Shown here: piece after piece, positions 37,928-49,096 of the stretch
Position numbering within the stretch: position 1 is the first letter of the stretch
Layout: every line of letters starts with the position of its first letter
Assembly (NCBI GenBank): GCA_963677435.1
Contig: OY781945.1
Span: 352,001-416,000 of the forward strand
Direction: 5' to 3'
From: an uncultured Aliarcobacter sp.
Lineage (GTDB): Bacteria; Campylobacterota; Campylobacteria; Campylobacterales; Arcobacteraceae
DNA length: 64,000 nucleotides
The notes under the pieces: model-generated
Seen by the model: the letters and a program-made list of their open reading frames with translations, nothing else
Databases searched by the model: none
Told to the model about the DNA's origin: nothing
Translations under genes and position numbers: made by a program

Positions 37928-38239
37928 TTGACTAATGAGGAAATAAAGATAGTGATTAAATTAACAATTCCCATTACGATTTTTCTATTAATATTTTTCT
38001 ATAGAGTGTATTTCTACTACACACAAACAAAAAGTAAATCATATGTATTTTCTATAATAAAAAAAGATATAAAGAATTTATTGTTTGGATTTATTGTTGT
38101 TTTTACACTTTATTGGATAGTAGATAAATATGAAAAAGCAACAAATCTAGAAAATATGCCTAAACAAGAATTTGATAAGAAACTTTATCTTCCATTAACG
38201 GATAAAGAAAAAGAAGTTTTTAATAAAGAAAAAAGATAG
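37928..38239 (+). CDS. Hypothetical membrane protein
   Basis: Two TM segments; TTG start without a clear RBS. Confidence 0.45.
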   Translation: MTNEEIKIVIKLTIPITIFLLIFFYRVYFYYTQTKSKSYVFSIIKKDIKNLLFGFIVVFTLYWIVDKYEKATNLENMPKQEFDKKLYLPLTDKEKEVFNKEKR

Positions 38240-38271
38240 GAAACTTATTATCTCTATGTTTTCTTAATTTA

Positions 38272-38688
38272 TTATACTTCCTTCTCATCCTGAATAGATT
38301 TTCTCAACTCTTTTAAAAGTCTAAAGGTATTATTTTTATTGATTTTATCAAGTTGAATTAATATATAAGCAACAATAAAAGCATTAAGATTTAACAAGGC
38401 TTCACTAAATGGCAAATAGATAAAAATCACTCCAATAAATAAAATAAAAATTGGGTTTAGTAATTTAATTAAGTGTTGAGCCTTTAAAGCTTTTTGCTCA
38501 TACTCTTTTTCATTATCTTTTATATATGAAATATCAGTTGTTGTTAAAGACTTTTCATCATTTAATATTGATAATTTATCTATAACAGATAATTGTTTTT
38601 TATGCATTAAAGATTTAAAAATTAAAACTAATACTAACAATATTGAAATTATGTTCGAAATTACTTCTGTTGGGATTTCATTTATCAT
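38272..38688 (-). CDS. Hypothetical membrane protein
   Basis: AAGG RBS, three hydrophobic segments. Confidence 0.7.
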   Translation of the reverse strand: MINEIPTEVISNIISILLVLVLIFKSLMHKKQLSVIDKLSILNDEKSLTTTDISYIKDNEKEYEQKALKAQHLIKLLNPIFILFIGVIFIYLPFSEALLNLNAFIVAYILIQLDKINKNNTFRLLKELRKSIQDEKEV

Positions 38689-38827
38689 TTCTTTGCCTTT
38701 TTGTGATTATCTACTTTTATTATATAGAAGTGTTTATTTGATTTAGATTTTAAATTTTATTTTATAGCTAAATAATATTTAAATTAATTTAGTTATAATT
38801 AATTAAATTATTTTAAAAGGAGTGAAG

Positions 38828-39181
38828 ATGAAAAAAATAGTTGCATTATTGATGTTGTGTTGTTCTTTTTTGTTTGCAGCAATGAATTTGCAAACTGCTA
38901 CAAAAGAAGAGTTAATGGGTATAAAAGGAATTGGTGAGAAAAAAGCTGAGCAAATCATCGAGTATAGAAAAACAAATACTATAAAATCTCCTGAGGATTT
39001 AAAAAATATCAAAGGTTTTGGAGATAGTATTGTCGGAAATGTGAAAAATACAGATTCAACAACAAAAGAGAAAATAAACAAAAAAGTTGAAACAAAAAAA
39101 GAAGAGAAGAAAAAAGAGTTAACAAATAAAATAGATAAAAAAATAGAAAATACTACAAAATCTATACTACCAAAATCATAA
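38828..39181 (+). CDS. ComEA-like helix-hairpin-helix DNA-binding protein
   Basis: Signal peptide, NLQTATKEELMGIKGIGEKKA, IKGFG; ATG 38828 fits the AAGGAG RBS. Confidence 0.9.
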   Translation: MKKIVALLMLCCSFLFAAMNLQTATKEELMGIKGIGEKKAEQIIEYRKTNTIKSPEDLKNIKGFGDSIVGNVKNTDSTTKEKINKKVETKKEEKKKELTNKIDKKIENTTKSILPKS

Positions 39182-39210
39182 TCTAAATGGGGCTTCCCCT
39201 TTAGATTTTT
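39180..39210 (+). terminator. Intrinsic terminator
   Basis: AATCTAAATGGGG-ctt-CCCCTTTAGATTTTT. Confidence 0.7.
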
Positions 39211-39253
39211 ACTTCATTTATGATAGAATCCTAAAAACTATAAAAGGTCTATC

Positions 39254-39670
39254 TTGAAGCTTTCACCAAATGATGTTTGTCCTTGTGGTTCATTAAAAAA
39301 ATATAAGAAATGCTGCAAGCCTTTCCACGATAAAATTACTTTTGCAAAAACTGCACTTGAACTTATGAAATCAAGATTTTCTGCATTTGCTACACAAAAT
39401 TCTAAATACATTATTTTTACTACTCACAACAAAAATTCTGATTTTTCAGATGATTTAAAATCTTGGGAAGAAGATATTTTGAACTTTTCAAAAAATACAA
39501 AATTTGAGAAATTAGATATTCTAGATTTTATTGAGGGTGAACTTGAAAGTTTTGTAACTTTTAAAGCTACTTTGTTTCAAGATAATAGAGATGTTAGTTT
39601 CATAGAAAAAAGCAGATTCCTAAAAGTTGATGGGAAGTGGCAATATGTTGATGGACAATTTATAGATTAA
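39254..39670 (+). CDS. YchJ-family SEC-C motif protein
   Basis: CPCGS..YKKCC, LMKSRFSAF, EKSRF....GKWQYVDG. Confidence 0.9.
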   Translation: MKLSPNDVCPCGSLKKYKKCCKPFHDKITFAKTALELMKSRFSAFATQNSKYIIFTTHNKNSDFSDDLKSWEEDILNFSKNTKFEKLDILDFIEGELESFVTFKATLFQDNRDVSFIEKSRFLKVDGKWQYVDGQFID

Positions 39671-39678
39671 GGATAAAA

Positions 39679-40419
39679 ATGAAAATACTATTTTCACCAA
39701 GTGAGACAAAAATAGCAGGTGGAGAGGAAACTTCATTTGATAAAAACAGTTTTATATTTCCAGAACTATATGAAAAAAGAATGGAAATTGTAAAACAATA
39801 TAATGAATTTATTTTAACTGCCTCAAAAGAAGAGTTAATAAAACTTTTTGGAACAAAAAAAGAGGATGTTTTAGAGCAATATTCAAAGGATTTATTCAAA
39901 ACTCCTACAATGAAAGTTATTCAAAGATACGATGGAGTTGCTTTTGATTATTTAGAGTATTCAAAATTAGCTAAAAATGAACAAGATTATATTGATGAAA
40001 ATGTAATAATATTTTCAAATCTTTTTGGAGCTTTAAAAGCAGGGGATAGCGGACTTCCAGATTATAAACTAAAACAAGGTGAAACTTTTAATGGTTTAAA
40101 AATAGAGAAGTTTTATAATGATAAATTTTCAAAAGCTTTGGATGAATATTTAAAAGATGAAGATATTATTGATTTAAGAGCTGGATTTTATGAGAAGTTT
40201 TACAAAATAGAAAAACCATATACAACAATGAAATTTATAAAAGATGGAAAAGTTGTAAGTCATTGGGCAAAGGCTTATCGTGGAATTATTTTAAAATTAA
40301 TTGCGAGAAGTAATATAAAAACCATAGATGAGCTGATGAATATGCAAATTGAAAATCTAAAGATAGAAGAGATTAAAAAACAAAAACTTAAAACAGAAAT
40401 AGTTTATTCAATAATTTAA
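39679..40419 (+). CDS. yaaA: YaaA-family peroxide stress protein
   Basis: ILFSPSETK, RYDGV, SHWAKAYRG. Confidence 0.85.
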   Translation: MKILFSPSETKIAGGEETSFDKNSFIFPELYEKRMEIVKQYNEFILTASKEELIKLFGTKKEDVLEQYSKDLFKTPTMKVIQRYDGVAFDYLEYSKLAKNEQDYIDENVIIFSNLFGALKAGDSGLPDYKLKQGETFNGLKIEKFYNDKFSKALDEYLKDEDIIDLRAGFYEKFYKIEKPYTTMKFIKDGKVVSHWAKAYRGIILKLIARSNIKTIDELMNMQIENLKIEEIKKQKLKTEIVYSII

Positions 40420-40429
40420 AGGTTTATTT

Positions 40430-41401
40430 ATGTCAAACAAAAAATCAGTGGAAGCTTTTGTACTTGATAAGAATGGTGGAGCAAAAGAGTTAAGTTATTC
40501 AGAACTTAATAATTTTGATAGAACCGATAAAATTTTATGGGTACATTTTGATTATTCAAGTATTGAAGCAAAAGATTGGATTACTAATAAAAGTAATATT
40601 AATTCAGTAGCTATTGATGCTCTTTTAACAGAAGAAACAAGACCTAGAACAACAGCTTTAGGGGATGCTTTACTAATTGCATTAAGAGGTGTGAATTTAA
40701 ATCCAAATTCAAAACCTGAAGATATGATTTCAATTAGATTGTATATTTCACCAAATATGATAATAAGTACAAGAAAAAGAAACCTTTTATCTATCAGTGA
40801 AATAATTGATGATTTAAGAAATGGAAATGGACCAAAAAGTTCTTCAGAATTTTTAGTACAATTAACTCTAAAAGTAACTGATAGAATGGATAATGTAATA
40901 GATGAAATACAAGATAGAACGGATTATTTAGAAGAAAATCTTATTGAATCAACTGATGTGGAAATTAGAAGTGAAATATTATCTATAAGAAGAGAAACAA
41001 TAATTTTAAAAAGATATTTAAATCCACAAAAAGAAGCTTTAATTAAACTATATAATGAAAAGATATCTTGGATTGATGAATATCAAAGAATAGAGCTAAG
41101 AGAAACAAATGACCAACTTATGAGACATATTGAGGAACTTGATACAATAAGAGATAAAGTAATTCTAATTCAAGAAGAGTTAGCAAATAGCATGAGTGAA
41201 CAAATGAATAGAAAAATGTATGTATTATCTATAATTTCAGCAATTTTTTTACCACTTACTTTCTTGACAGGACTTCTAGGTATAAATATAGGTGGAATTC
41301 CTGGGGCAAAAGATGATAATGCTTTTTATGTTTTTTCTTTCCTTTTGGTAGTTCTTGTAACAATTCAGTTTTTTATTTTCAAAAGAAAAAATTGGATTTA
41401 A
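40430..41401 (+). CDS. zntB: CorA-family zinc transporter
   Basis: ETRPR, LRGVNLN, FLTGLLGINIGGIPG (GIN signature). Confidence 0.88.
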   Translation: MSNKKSVEAFVLDKNGGAKELSYSELNNFDRTDKILWVHFDYSSIEAKDWITNKSNINSVAIDALLTEETRPRTTALGDALLIALRGVNLNPNSKPEDMISIRLYISPNMIISTRKRNLLSISEIIDDLRNGNGPKSSSEFLVQLTLKVTDRMDNVIDEIQDRTDYLEENLIESTDVEIRSEILSIRRETIILKRYLNPQKEALIKLYNEKISWIDEYQRIELRETNDQLMRHIEELDTIRDKVILIQEELANSMSEQMNRKMYVLSIISAIFLPLTFLTGLLGINIGGIPGAKDDNAFYVFSFLLVVLVTIQFFIFKRKNWI

Positions 41402-42417
41402 GAGATTTTATTATATTTTATCGAAGAATATAAAGACAATAAAATAAATGAAATTCCTATTAATCCAGTTAAAGCTTCTGGAATATGAAACTTTGTATTT
41501 AAAAGCATAATAAAAGCCAATATTCCAATTGCATAATGGGCACCATGTTCTAAAAATACATAATTGTCTAAAGTCTCTTTTTCAACTAAATAAATAGTTA
41601 AAGACCGAACAAACATGGCTCCTGTTCCTAATCCAATCATGATAATTAAAATATTTTTACTTATTGCAAAAGCTCCAATTACACCATCAAAAGAAAAAGA
41701 GGCATCAAGTACTTCTAAATATAAAAATCCTACAATACTTCCATGTCTAATGAGATTTTGAAAATTATCTCCACCTTTTTCTAATAATAAACATAAAAGA
41801 TGAATAAATAGATAAATTCCAATTCCCCATAATCCAGATATAAAAAAGTCATATTTTTTTGATTCTTCCACAAAAAATAGAAAAATACTTAAAAGTAAAA
41901 AAGCCACAACATAAGATAAGATTTTAGTTTTTCCAAAAGTTGCTAGTTTTTGCTCAAATTTTCCAATCCAAAATATCTTTCTTTCTGAATCAAATAAAAA
42001 GTTTAGAAATACCAAAAATAAAAACATACTTCCAAAAGCAGAAACTTCATGTTCATGTGAAACCAACTCTTTTTCATATTCATCGGGATTATTCATGGCT
42101 AGATTGAAAACATCAATTAAAGATAAATCTGTAGTAACAGAAACAATTAATAAAGGAAAAAGTAAACGCATTCCAAAAACAGCTACAAGAATTCCAACTG
42201 TTAAAAAGGCTTTTTTCCAAAAGTCATTCCAATTTTTTAAAATAGAAGCATTTACAATTGCATTATCAAAAGATAAAGAAATTTCCATAAGTATTAATAT
42301 TATTGTTAGCCAAAGTAGATTTAGAGCACCTGAAATGCCATCTTTTATAAATCCTAGATATGAAACTAGCATTAATGAAAAAAGAATAAGTAAAAAAGAT
42401 ACTCTAAAATATTTCAT
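41398..42417 (-). CDS. DUF475 (TerC-like) membrane protein
   Basis: EISLSFDNAIVNA, YLEVLDASFSFDGVIGAFA, LEHGAHYAI. Confidence 0.9.
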   Translation of the reverse strand: MKYFRVSFLLILFSLMLVSYLGFIKDGISGALNLLWLTIILILMEISLSFDNAIVNASILKNWNDFWKKAFLTVGILVAVFGMRLLFPLLIVSVTTDLSLIDVFNLAMNNPDEYEKELVSHEHEVSAFGSMFLFLVFLNFLFDSERKIFWIGKFEQKLATFGKTKILSYVVAFLLLSIFLFFVEESKKYDFFISGLWGIGIYLFIHLLCLLLEKGGDNFQNLIRHGSIVGFLYLEVLDASFSFDGVIGAFAISKNILIIMIGLGTGAMFVRSLTIYLVEKETLDNYVFLEHGAHYAIGILAFIMLLNTKFHIPEALTGLIGISFILLSLYSSIKYNKIS

Positions 42418-42418
42418 A

Positions 42419-44221
42419 TTAATTTTTTTTCAAATGAATATCCATTTGAGGGAATGGAATTTCTATATTATTTGCTTGTAAAGTTTTATAAATAAAAATT
42501 AGAAAATCAGACATATTAGATGAACCAATCCCATTTTCATCAGGATTTTCACTAATCCAAACAAGCAATTCAAAATCAATAGAACTAGCATTCATCATAG
42601 TCATTCTAACTTTTGCTATTTTTTCACTATCATTTCTTATATACATTAAATTACTATCTTTTAAATTATCTAAAAGAATGTGAATAACATTATCAATATC
42701 TGAACCATATGCCACTCCAAAAGGAATATTTAATCTTCTTATATCATCTGAAAAAGTAAGATTTATAACATTGTTTTGAATTAATGTAGAGTTTGGAATA
42801 ATAATATCAATATTATCAAAAGTTGTAATAACACTACTTCTCATATTGATTTGAGAAACTTTTCCCCTTAATCCCGTTGCTATTTCAATTATGTGTCCAA
42901 CTTGAATAGATCTTTCAAAAATTAGAATAATTCCAGAAATAAAGTTTGAAACAATATTTTGTAAACCAAACCCAATACCAACTGATAAAGCCCCAACTAA
43001 AATTGTAAGTGAAGATAAATCAATTCCAATGGATTTTAAACCAAAAACAAAAGTTATGGCAACTAAAAAGTAGTAACCAAGATTTGCAAGCATGGTTCTT
43101 GTAGAAATAGAAGTATTTTTTAGATAATTAGAATTAGCATTAGAAATTCTCTTTTTATAAAAAGTTGCTATTGAGAAACCAAGAATAAAAATAAAAAAGA
43201 ATTTACTAATTGCTAAAATTGAAATTCCATCACCAATTGGAATAATTGGATTATTTATCTCTTCCCACCCAAATTTTATCATATCAATAAAACTCTGTTT
43301 TGTATCTGCAAAAGTACTTTTAGTTACTCCTAATCTCTCCCTTGATAGATATTTTAGAAGTTCATTTAATGAGTCATAATTTGCTTGATTTTCTCTCATA
43401 AATTGTTGTAGAGTATTACTCATTTCAAAATAGCTAGTTTTTTTATTTTTTAATAGTGGAAGAAGTTCTTCTACTTTTAAATAAACATATTGATTTATTA
43501 ATTTTGATTTGTCATTTTTTAATTGTTCAATTTGTGCATCAAGTGCTTTTATTTTCCACTCATTTTCTGTGATTTTGGCTTTATCATAAGCAAGTGATAA
43601 CTTCTTCTCATCTTTTATAATATCATTAAAGCTGTTTAATGCTTTTTCAATTCTACTTTGTAAAGTTGGATTATCCACAAATTTTATAGGTTCTAAACTA
43701 TCAAGTAATATTTTTCTAAAATTTACTAAATATTTATCATAGTCATCAATTGTAGTTTTATCTTGAATATTTTTTAATTTGTAATAGGCATATAATAATT
43801 GAGAATTAACAGTTGAAATATCTTCTTTATTTGTTAATTTATCTATTTGTTCTTCAAGAAGAGTAATTTTATTTGTGTTTTGTGTAAATTCATCTTTTAT
43901 TGAATCATAGTCACTTTTTATTTTTAAATATAATTTTATTTGTTCAATATATTTATCTATTGTTGTAATTTCATCAATATTTTTTAAATCAAAACTATTC
44001 TCATCATTTAATGTTGTTTGTAACTTTTTTAAAAGTAAAAGTTGATATTCAACTTGTTCTTTTTCTTCGGCATTTAAATCTTTTTTTGATGAAGTGATTT
44101 TACTTATTTGTGTTGTGTATAATTTTTGTAGTTCTTCTTTTGTATTGTCGTACCATGTTTTATCAATACTGATAGAGAAAGATGACGATATTAAAAATAG
44201 GAAGAGGAATATAAATTTCAT
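42419..44221 (-). CDS. MscS-family mechanosensitive channel with large periplasmic domain
   Basis: GALSVGIGFGLQNIVSNFISG, IIPNS, IEIPFPQ. Confidence 0.92.
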   Translation of the reverse strand: MKFIFLFLFLISSSFSISIDKTWYDNTKEELQKLYTTQISKITSSKKDLNAEEKEQVEYQLLLLKKLQTTLNDENSFDLKNIDEITTIDKYIEQIKLYLKIKSDYDSIKDEFTQNTNKITLLEEQIDKLTNKEDISTVNSQLLYAYYKLKNIQDKTTIDDYDKYLVNFRKILLDSLEPIKFVDNPTLQSRIEKALNSFNDIIKDEKKLSLAYDKAKITENEWKIKALDAQIEQLKNDKSKLINQYVYLKVEELLPLLKNKKTSYFEMSNTLQQFMRENQANYDSLNELLKYLSRERLGVTKSTFADTKQSFIDMIKFGWEEINNPIIPIGDGISILAISKFFFIFILGFSIATFYKKRISNANSNYLKNTSISTRTMLANLGYYFLVAITFVFGLKSIGIDLSSLTILVGALSVGIGFGLQNIVSNFISGIILIFERSIQVGHIIEIATGLRGKVSQINMRSSVITTFDNIDIIIPNSTLIQNNVINLTFSDDIRRLNIPFGVAYGSDIDNVIHILLDNLKDSNLMYIRNDSEKIAKVRMTMMNASSIDFELLVWISENPDENGIGSSNMSDFLIFIYKTLQANNIEIPFPQMDIHLKKN

Positions 44222-45315
44222 GTTTTTTCTTTTGTTAAATTAATTTTTATAAAGTTAAGAGATATTAAAGATAATAGTGAAAATAATGCACTAAATATAA
44301 ATAAAAACTCACCATAAACAGCACCAGCAACTAAAGCTCCAATAAATCCACCAAGACCATAACCCACACCATACATAAATTGCTGTGCTAATTTTTTATT
44401 TTCATACAAGCTATATAAAAACATAATTACAGAACTATGATAAAGTCCAAATGAAAAAGCATGAATAGCTTGAGAAAAGAATGTCATGCCTAATGAATCA
44501 GGGAATAGATATAATAGAACCCATCTTAAAATTGTAATTGTAACACAAAATTTTATGATTGATAGAAGATTGTTTTTTAAAATTGGAGCTTGAAAATAAA
44601 GCATCAATATTTCACAAAGAACCCCAAACGACCAAAGATAAGAAGTCATTTCAAGACTTATACCATGTTGGGTTTCATAAATCGTAAAAAAGTTATAAAA
44701 ACCTCCAAAACTAATCTGCATAAAAAATAAACTTAACCAAAAAGGCCAATATTCAAAAAAAGAAAAAGCTCTATTATTCTGCTCAATTTTATGTTTTACA
44801 TCAAATCTTAATAAAGAGATTGCAAAAACTACAGTTAAAGTAATTAAAACCAAATAGTAATGAATCGCAATAAAAGGCTGTGTTAAAAATTTTGCAAGTA
44901 CTAATGCAATAATCATAAAACCAATTGAGCCATAAAGCCGAGATTTACCATATTTTTCTTTTCCAAGATTTGAAATGGCGATTACTTCAAGATAAGGCAA
45001 AATAAGAGATAAACAAGCTCCTAAAATTGCATTATTTATTGTAAATAAATAAAAGTTTTCTATTGTTAGATAAAAACATGAAGCCAAAAAGATAGCTGAG
45101 AAAAGAGCTTTCTTAAACATCTTTTGATCTAATTTAATATGTTTTAAAAATAAAAAAGGTGTTAGAAATCTCATCAAAGGTGCAAGTGCTAAAACAATAC
45201 CTATATCAAAAGTACCATATCCAATATCGTGAAGTACCTTTGGTAAAAATATTACATAAACTCCAACTGTTGCAAAATAAAAGAAATAGAATGCTGATAA
45301 ATTAAAAAAAAGCAT
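44218..45315 (-). CDS. MFS transporter (HcaT/MFS_1-like)
   Basis: YGKSRLYGSIGF, multi-TM. Confidence 0.85.
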   Translation of the reverse strand: MLFFNLSAFYFFYFATVGVYVIFLPKVLHDIGYGTFDIGIVLALAPLMRFLTPFLFLKHIKLDQKMFKKALFSAIFLASCFYLTIENFYLFTINNAILGACLSLILPYLEVIAISNLGKEKYGKSRLYGSIGFMIIALVLAKFLTQPFIAIHYYLVLITLTVVFAISLLRFDVKHKIEQNNRAFSFFEYWPFWLSLFFMQISFGGFYNFFTIYETQHGISLEMTSYLWSFGVLCEILMLYFQAPILKNNLLSIIKFCVTITILRWVLLYLFPDSLGMTFFSQAIHAFSFGLYHSSVIMFLYSLYENKKLAQQFMYGVGYGLGGFIGALVAGAVYGEFLFIFSALFSLLSLISLNFIKINLTKEKT

Positions 45316-45794
45316 TATTTATCATTAATGATAATTGTGTTTGAAAGAATATCTTGGAAAGTTCTTTTATCCTTATTAAAAAAAGGCATAAAAAGTAAAA
45401 AAAATGATACTACAGCAAATAGAGTTGTTAAGTATCGAACAAGAACTTGAATAACTGAAACTCTTTGTTTTGTTCTATTGTCAACAAGTTTTAAATCGTA
45501 AGCTTTAAGTCCTGGAGTTTGTCCATTTTTAAGCCAAAAAATTAAGATAAGAAGAGCATGAACTATAAATATTATACTCCAACCCAGTACTCTATTTTGA
45601 GCAAATTCTGCACCACTTCCCATAACTAAATATATAACTATATAAAGAATAGGAGTGGTAATCAAAAATGTATCAGTAAGAAAGGCTTTTAATCTAGATG
45701 CAAGAGAGGCTAAATCACTTTTAGGTGATTTATTATTAAGCTCACTTTTTTGTGTTTTAACTTTGTTATGCTTAACATCTCTCCACTTTGACAT
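45315..45794 (-). CDS. RDD-family protein
   Basis: RLKAFLTD, GQTPG, RTFQD. Confidence 0.85.
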   Translation of the reverse strand: MSKWRDVKHNKVKTQKSELNNKSPKSDLASLASRLKAFLTDTFLITTPILYIVIYLVMGSGAEFAQNRVLGWSIIFIVHALLILIFWLKNGQTPGLKAYDLKLVDNRTKQRVSVIQVLVRYLTTLFAVVSFFLLFMPFFNKDKRTFQDILSNTIIINDK

Positions 45795-46405
45795 TAATTA
45801 CCTCTACTACCAGGTTTATAAGCGATGCTTCCTTCTTTACACATTGGGCACTCATCTGGTGAGTACATTTCAAATGTAAAATCTTCAAGTGCAAAAAGTG
45901 GTTTATCAAGAGGTAATTTACAATTATCTTTTGCTTCTAATGTGCTTCCAACTCTTGAACAGAATCCTCTGTTAGCAAGTGCAGCATAAGCTACTATATT
46001 TCCACCAGCATTTTCAACTTGCTTTGCAGCTTCAAGTGCACTTCCACCAGTTGTGATAATATCTTCACAAATAATGTAGTTTTCACCTTCTTTAACTTCA
46101 AAACCTCTTCTGATTGACATCTCACCCTCAACTCTTTCTGCAAAAATAAATCTTACATCAAGTGCAGTTGCAAGGGCAAAACCAGCAATTAATCCACCAA
46201 GTGCAGGTGAACAAATAGCATCAACTTTTATACCAGCTTCTTTAATTTGAATAGCTAAAGCCTCAGCTAATAACTTAGCAGTTTTAGGATCTTCTAAAAC
46301 CTTTGCTGATTGTAAATAAAACTTTGAGTGATTTCCACTACTTAATTTGAAGTGACCTTCTAATAATGCTTGCGCATCTTTGTATATTTGTTCTACGTTC
46401 ATCAT
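45794..46405 (-). CDS. pyrE: Orotate phosphoribosyltransferase
   Basis: [22 protein letters not shown]; start is ATG 46405 or 46402. Confidence 0.95.
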   Translation of the reverse strand: MMNVEQIYKDAQALLEGHFKLSSGNHSKFYLQSAKVLEDPKTAKLLAEALAIQIKEAGIKVDAICSPALGGLIAGFALATALDVRFIFAERVEGEMSIRRGFEVKEGENYIICEDIITTGGSALEAAKQVENAGGNIVAYAALANRGFCSRVGSTLEAKDNCKLPLDKPLFALEDFTFEMYSPDECPMCKEGSIAYKPGSRGN

Positions 46406-46962
46406 CAAACCGTTAATATTTCTTTTTCTTTTGTTTTTAAAGTTTCATCAGCTTTAATAACATAAGAATCAGTTATCTTTTGGATTTCATCTTGAGCTTT
46501 TTTACTCTCATCATCAGTAATTTCTTTATCTTTTAAAAGATTTTTTACTTTTGTATTAGAGTTTTGTCTAATATTTCTAATAGCTACTTTTGCATTATCA
46601 GTCATAACTTTTGCTTGTTTAGCAGTAGTTTGTCTTTGATCAACAGTCATTGGAGGGAAAAATAATTTGATTACTTCACCATCATTGTTTGGATTAACAC
46701 CAATATTTGCAGCTTGAAGAGCTTTATCAATTAAACCTAAAAGATTTTTTTCCCATGGATTAATAACAATAGTTGTAGCGTCTGGTGATAAAACTGAACC
46801 TACTTGACTTAAATCAGTTGGTGTTCCATAATAATCAATTCTAATACCATCTAAGATATTAACATTTACTTTTCCAGTTCTTAAAGATTTATAATCTTTC
46901 TTTAAAGCCTCGATAGATTTTTCCATATGATCTTTAGTTTGAGCATATATTTCTTCTAACAT
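46405..46962 (-). CDS. frr: Ribosome recycling factor
   Basis: [28 protein letters not shown]. Confidence 0.97.
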   Translation of the reverse strand: MLEEIYAQTKDHMEKSIEALKKDYKSLRTGKVNVNILDGIRIDYYGTPTDLSQVGSVLSPDATTIVINPWEKNLLGLIDKALQAANIGVNPNNDGEVIKLFFPPMTVDQRQTTAKQAKVMTDNAKVAIRNIRQNSNTKVKNLLKDKEITDDESKKAQDEIQKITDSYVIKADETLKTKEKEILTV

Positions 46963-46972
46963 TCATTCTCCT

Positions 46973-47914
46973 TTATTTGATTAATAATTTATTTGAAATA
47001 GTGTAGTAATCAGTACTAATAGCTACTCTGTTTCTTGGTAAATTTAGTTTTTTGTTTAATTTGATGTCAATTATACCATTTTTAACTTTGATATCTTGCC
47101 AACCATAGGTTGATACAAACAATTTTGCATCTGTTATTTGTGGATTTACTTCAACTCTTACATGTTTTAATATTCCATCTTTTGAATATGTTTGTGGTTC
47201 AATCCAAGTTGCTTCTAGTGTTTTATATTTTAGTTTTTCTTGTAAATTAATTTTACCAACTAAGGCAACTCTATTTAAATCAAAAATATCACTATTTTTA
47301 TTTACAGAGCCATTATTTTGATTTACAATATATTTAAAATCAAACTCTTTTATTTTTTCTTTTACCCTTTGGTCATACTCTCCATAAGGATATGAATATC
47401 CCTTTGGCTTAAAACCTAAGTTTTTTTCAAAGATTTCATAAGAAGTTTTTGTATCTTTTAAAATCTCTTCATCAGAAAGTTTCATTAGTTGCTTATGTGA
47501 ATAAGAGTGTAGGGCAATTTCTCCATATTTTGAAGCATCAGATATTTGTTCCCAAGTCATAAAATCTGGATATTTACTATTTGTTGCTTCCACATAAACA
47601 AAAAGAGTAAAGGGATAATTGTATTTTTTAAATAATTCAATTGCATTTTGATAAAAACTTTTATAAGCATCATCTATACTGAAAGCAATCCAATTATGAG
47701 GGATTTCTTCTTTATTTTTAATTTTTTGAGCGATTTGTGAAACTGTTACAACTTTATAATTATTAGTTTTGAAATACTCAAATTCCCTTTCTAATTCTTT
47801 TAAAGTTGTATCTGTACTTTGATGTTTTAAATCGCCAAACCGATGATATACAAAGATATGTCCATTGGCTTGAAGATAAAAATAAGATAAACAAAGAAGT
47901 AAGAAATACTTCAA
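46973..47914 (-). CDS. Polysaccharide deacetylase family protein
   Basis: VYHRF, SIDDAY, HSYSH, YPYGE. Confidence 0.9.
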   Translation of the reverse strand: MKYFLLLCLSYFYLQANGHIFVYHRFGDLKHQSTDTTLKELEREFEYFKTNNYKVVTVSQIAQKIKNKEEIPHNWIAFSIDDAYKSFYQNAIELFKKYNYPFTLFVYVEATNSKYPDFMTWEQISDASKYGEIALHSYSHKQLMKLSDEEILKDTKTSYEIFEKNLGFKPKGYSYPYGEYDQRVKEKIKEFDFKYIVNQNNGSVNKNSDIFDLNRVALVGKINLQEKLKYKTLEATWIEPQTYSKDGILKHVRVEVNPQITDAKLFVSTYGWQDIKVKNGIIDIKLNKKLNLPRNRVAISTDYYTISNKLLIK

Positions 47915-47933
47915 ATTTCTTTACTTCTAAAAC

Positions 47934-48293
47934 TTATTTATCTTGAGGAACTGTTTGAACAGGTGCCGCTGTTGTAGGAGCAGCAGGTGCTTGCTCAGAA
48001 GTTTGTGTAATAGGTGCTGTTGGAATTAAAGAGTCAACTTTTACTGTGTCAATAGCACTTTGATTTCTTTGTTGATTAAATAAATAACCTAAAACTACAG
48101 TGTTTATTATAAAAACTAAACCTAAAGCCATTGTAGCTTTTGTTAAGAAGTTTGCAGGACCTTTTGCCCCAAATAATGAATCATTACTTCCACTATAAGC
48201 TCCAAGACCAATACTTGAACTCTTTTGAAGTAAGATTATTATTGTTAGTAAAATTGCTAATACAAACTGAACGATTAAAAGTGTAGATGTCAT
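47934..48293 (-). CDS. secG: Preprotein translocase subunit SecG
   Basis: LLQKSSSIGLGAYSGSNDSLFGAKGPANFL. Confidence 0.95.
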   Translation of the reverse strand: MTSTLLIVQFVLAILLTIIILLQKSSSIGLGAYSGSNDSLFGAKGPANFLTKATMALGLVFIINTVVLGYLFNQQRNQSAIDTVKVDSLIPTAPITQTSEQAPAAPTTAAPVQTVPQDK

Positions 48294-48400
48294 TATCTAT
48301 TTCCTTTTTTAAAAATGGTAGCTATTTTATCTAAAACTTATTAAGAATAAGTTAAAATAGATATTAAAACATATTTCTAGTAATTTTATAAAGAGTAAAT

Positions 48401-49096
48401 TTGTCAGTTAAAAACCAATTCTCAAAATATGCAAAAGAGTACAAAAATCACAATATCATTCAACAAATTGTTGCAAAATCACTTGTAAGAGAGTTAAAGT
48501 TTGAACCAAAAAGAATCTTAGAATTAGGTTGTGGTTCAGGGCAAGTATATAATCATATCTCATGGGAAGTAGATTTTTATAAAGCAATAGATTTTTCAGC
48601 TTCAATGTGTGAATTGCATCCAAAGGGTGAAAATATAGAAATCAAATGTTTTGATTTTGATAGCCAAGAGTTTTTAGATGAAATAAAAGATAATAGTTAC
48701 GATATTGTTTTATCTTCATCTGCTTTGCAATGGTCAAAAGATTTATCAAAGATTATAAAACATCTTTCATTTATCACAAAAGAGGTAAATGCAGTTTTAT
48801 TCACATCAAATACTTTTAAAACAATTCAAGAAATTACAAAAGCAAAATCTCCAATATTAGATGAGAACTCAATCAAAGAAGCATTTTCAAAATATTTTGA
48901 ATGTGAATTTGAAACAATTATGTACAAATTAGAGTTTGATAATAAAAAAGATTTGTTTGATTATATAAAAAAATCAGGTGTGAGTGGAGGAAATGCTGCA
49001 CTAGATTTTAAAAATGCAAAGAAATTATATAAAGAATATAATTTAAATTATTTAGAATTTGAAGTAATTTTTATTAAAACCATTTCTAAATTGTAA
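48401..49096 (+). CDS. SAM-dependent methyltransferase (BioC-like)
   Basis: FSKYA..Y...IQ, ILELGCGSG, SSSALQW. Confidence 0.8.
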   Translation: MSVKNQFSKYAKEYKNHNIIQQIVAKSLVRELKFEPKRILELGCGSGQVYNHISWEVDFYKAIDFSASMCELHPKGENIEIKCFDFDSQEFLDEIKDNSYDIVLSSSALQWSKDLSKIIKHLSFITKEVNAVLFTSNTFKTIQEITKAKSPILDENSIKEAFSKYFECEFETIMYKLEFDNKKDLFDYIKKSGVSGGNAALDFKNAKKLYKEYNLNYLEFEVIFIKTISKL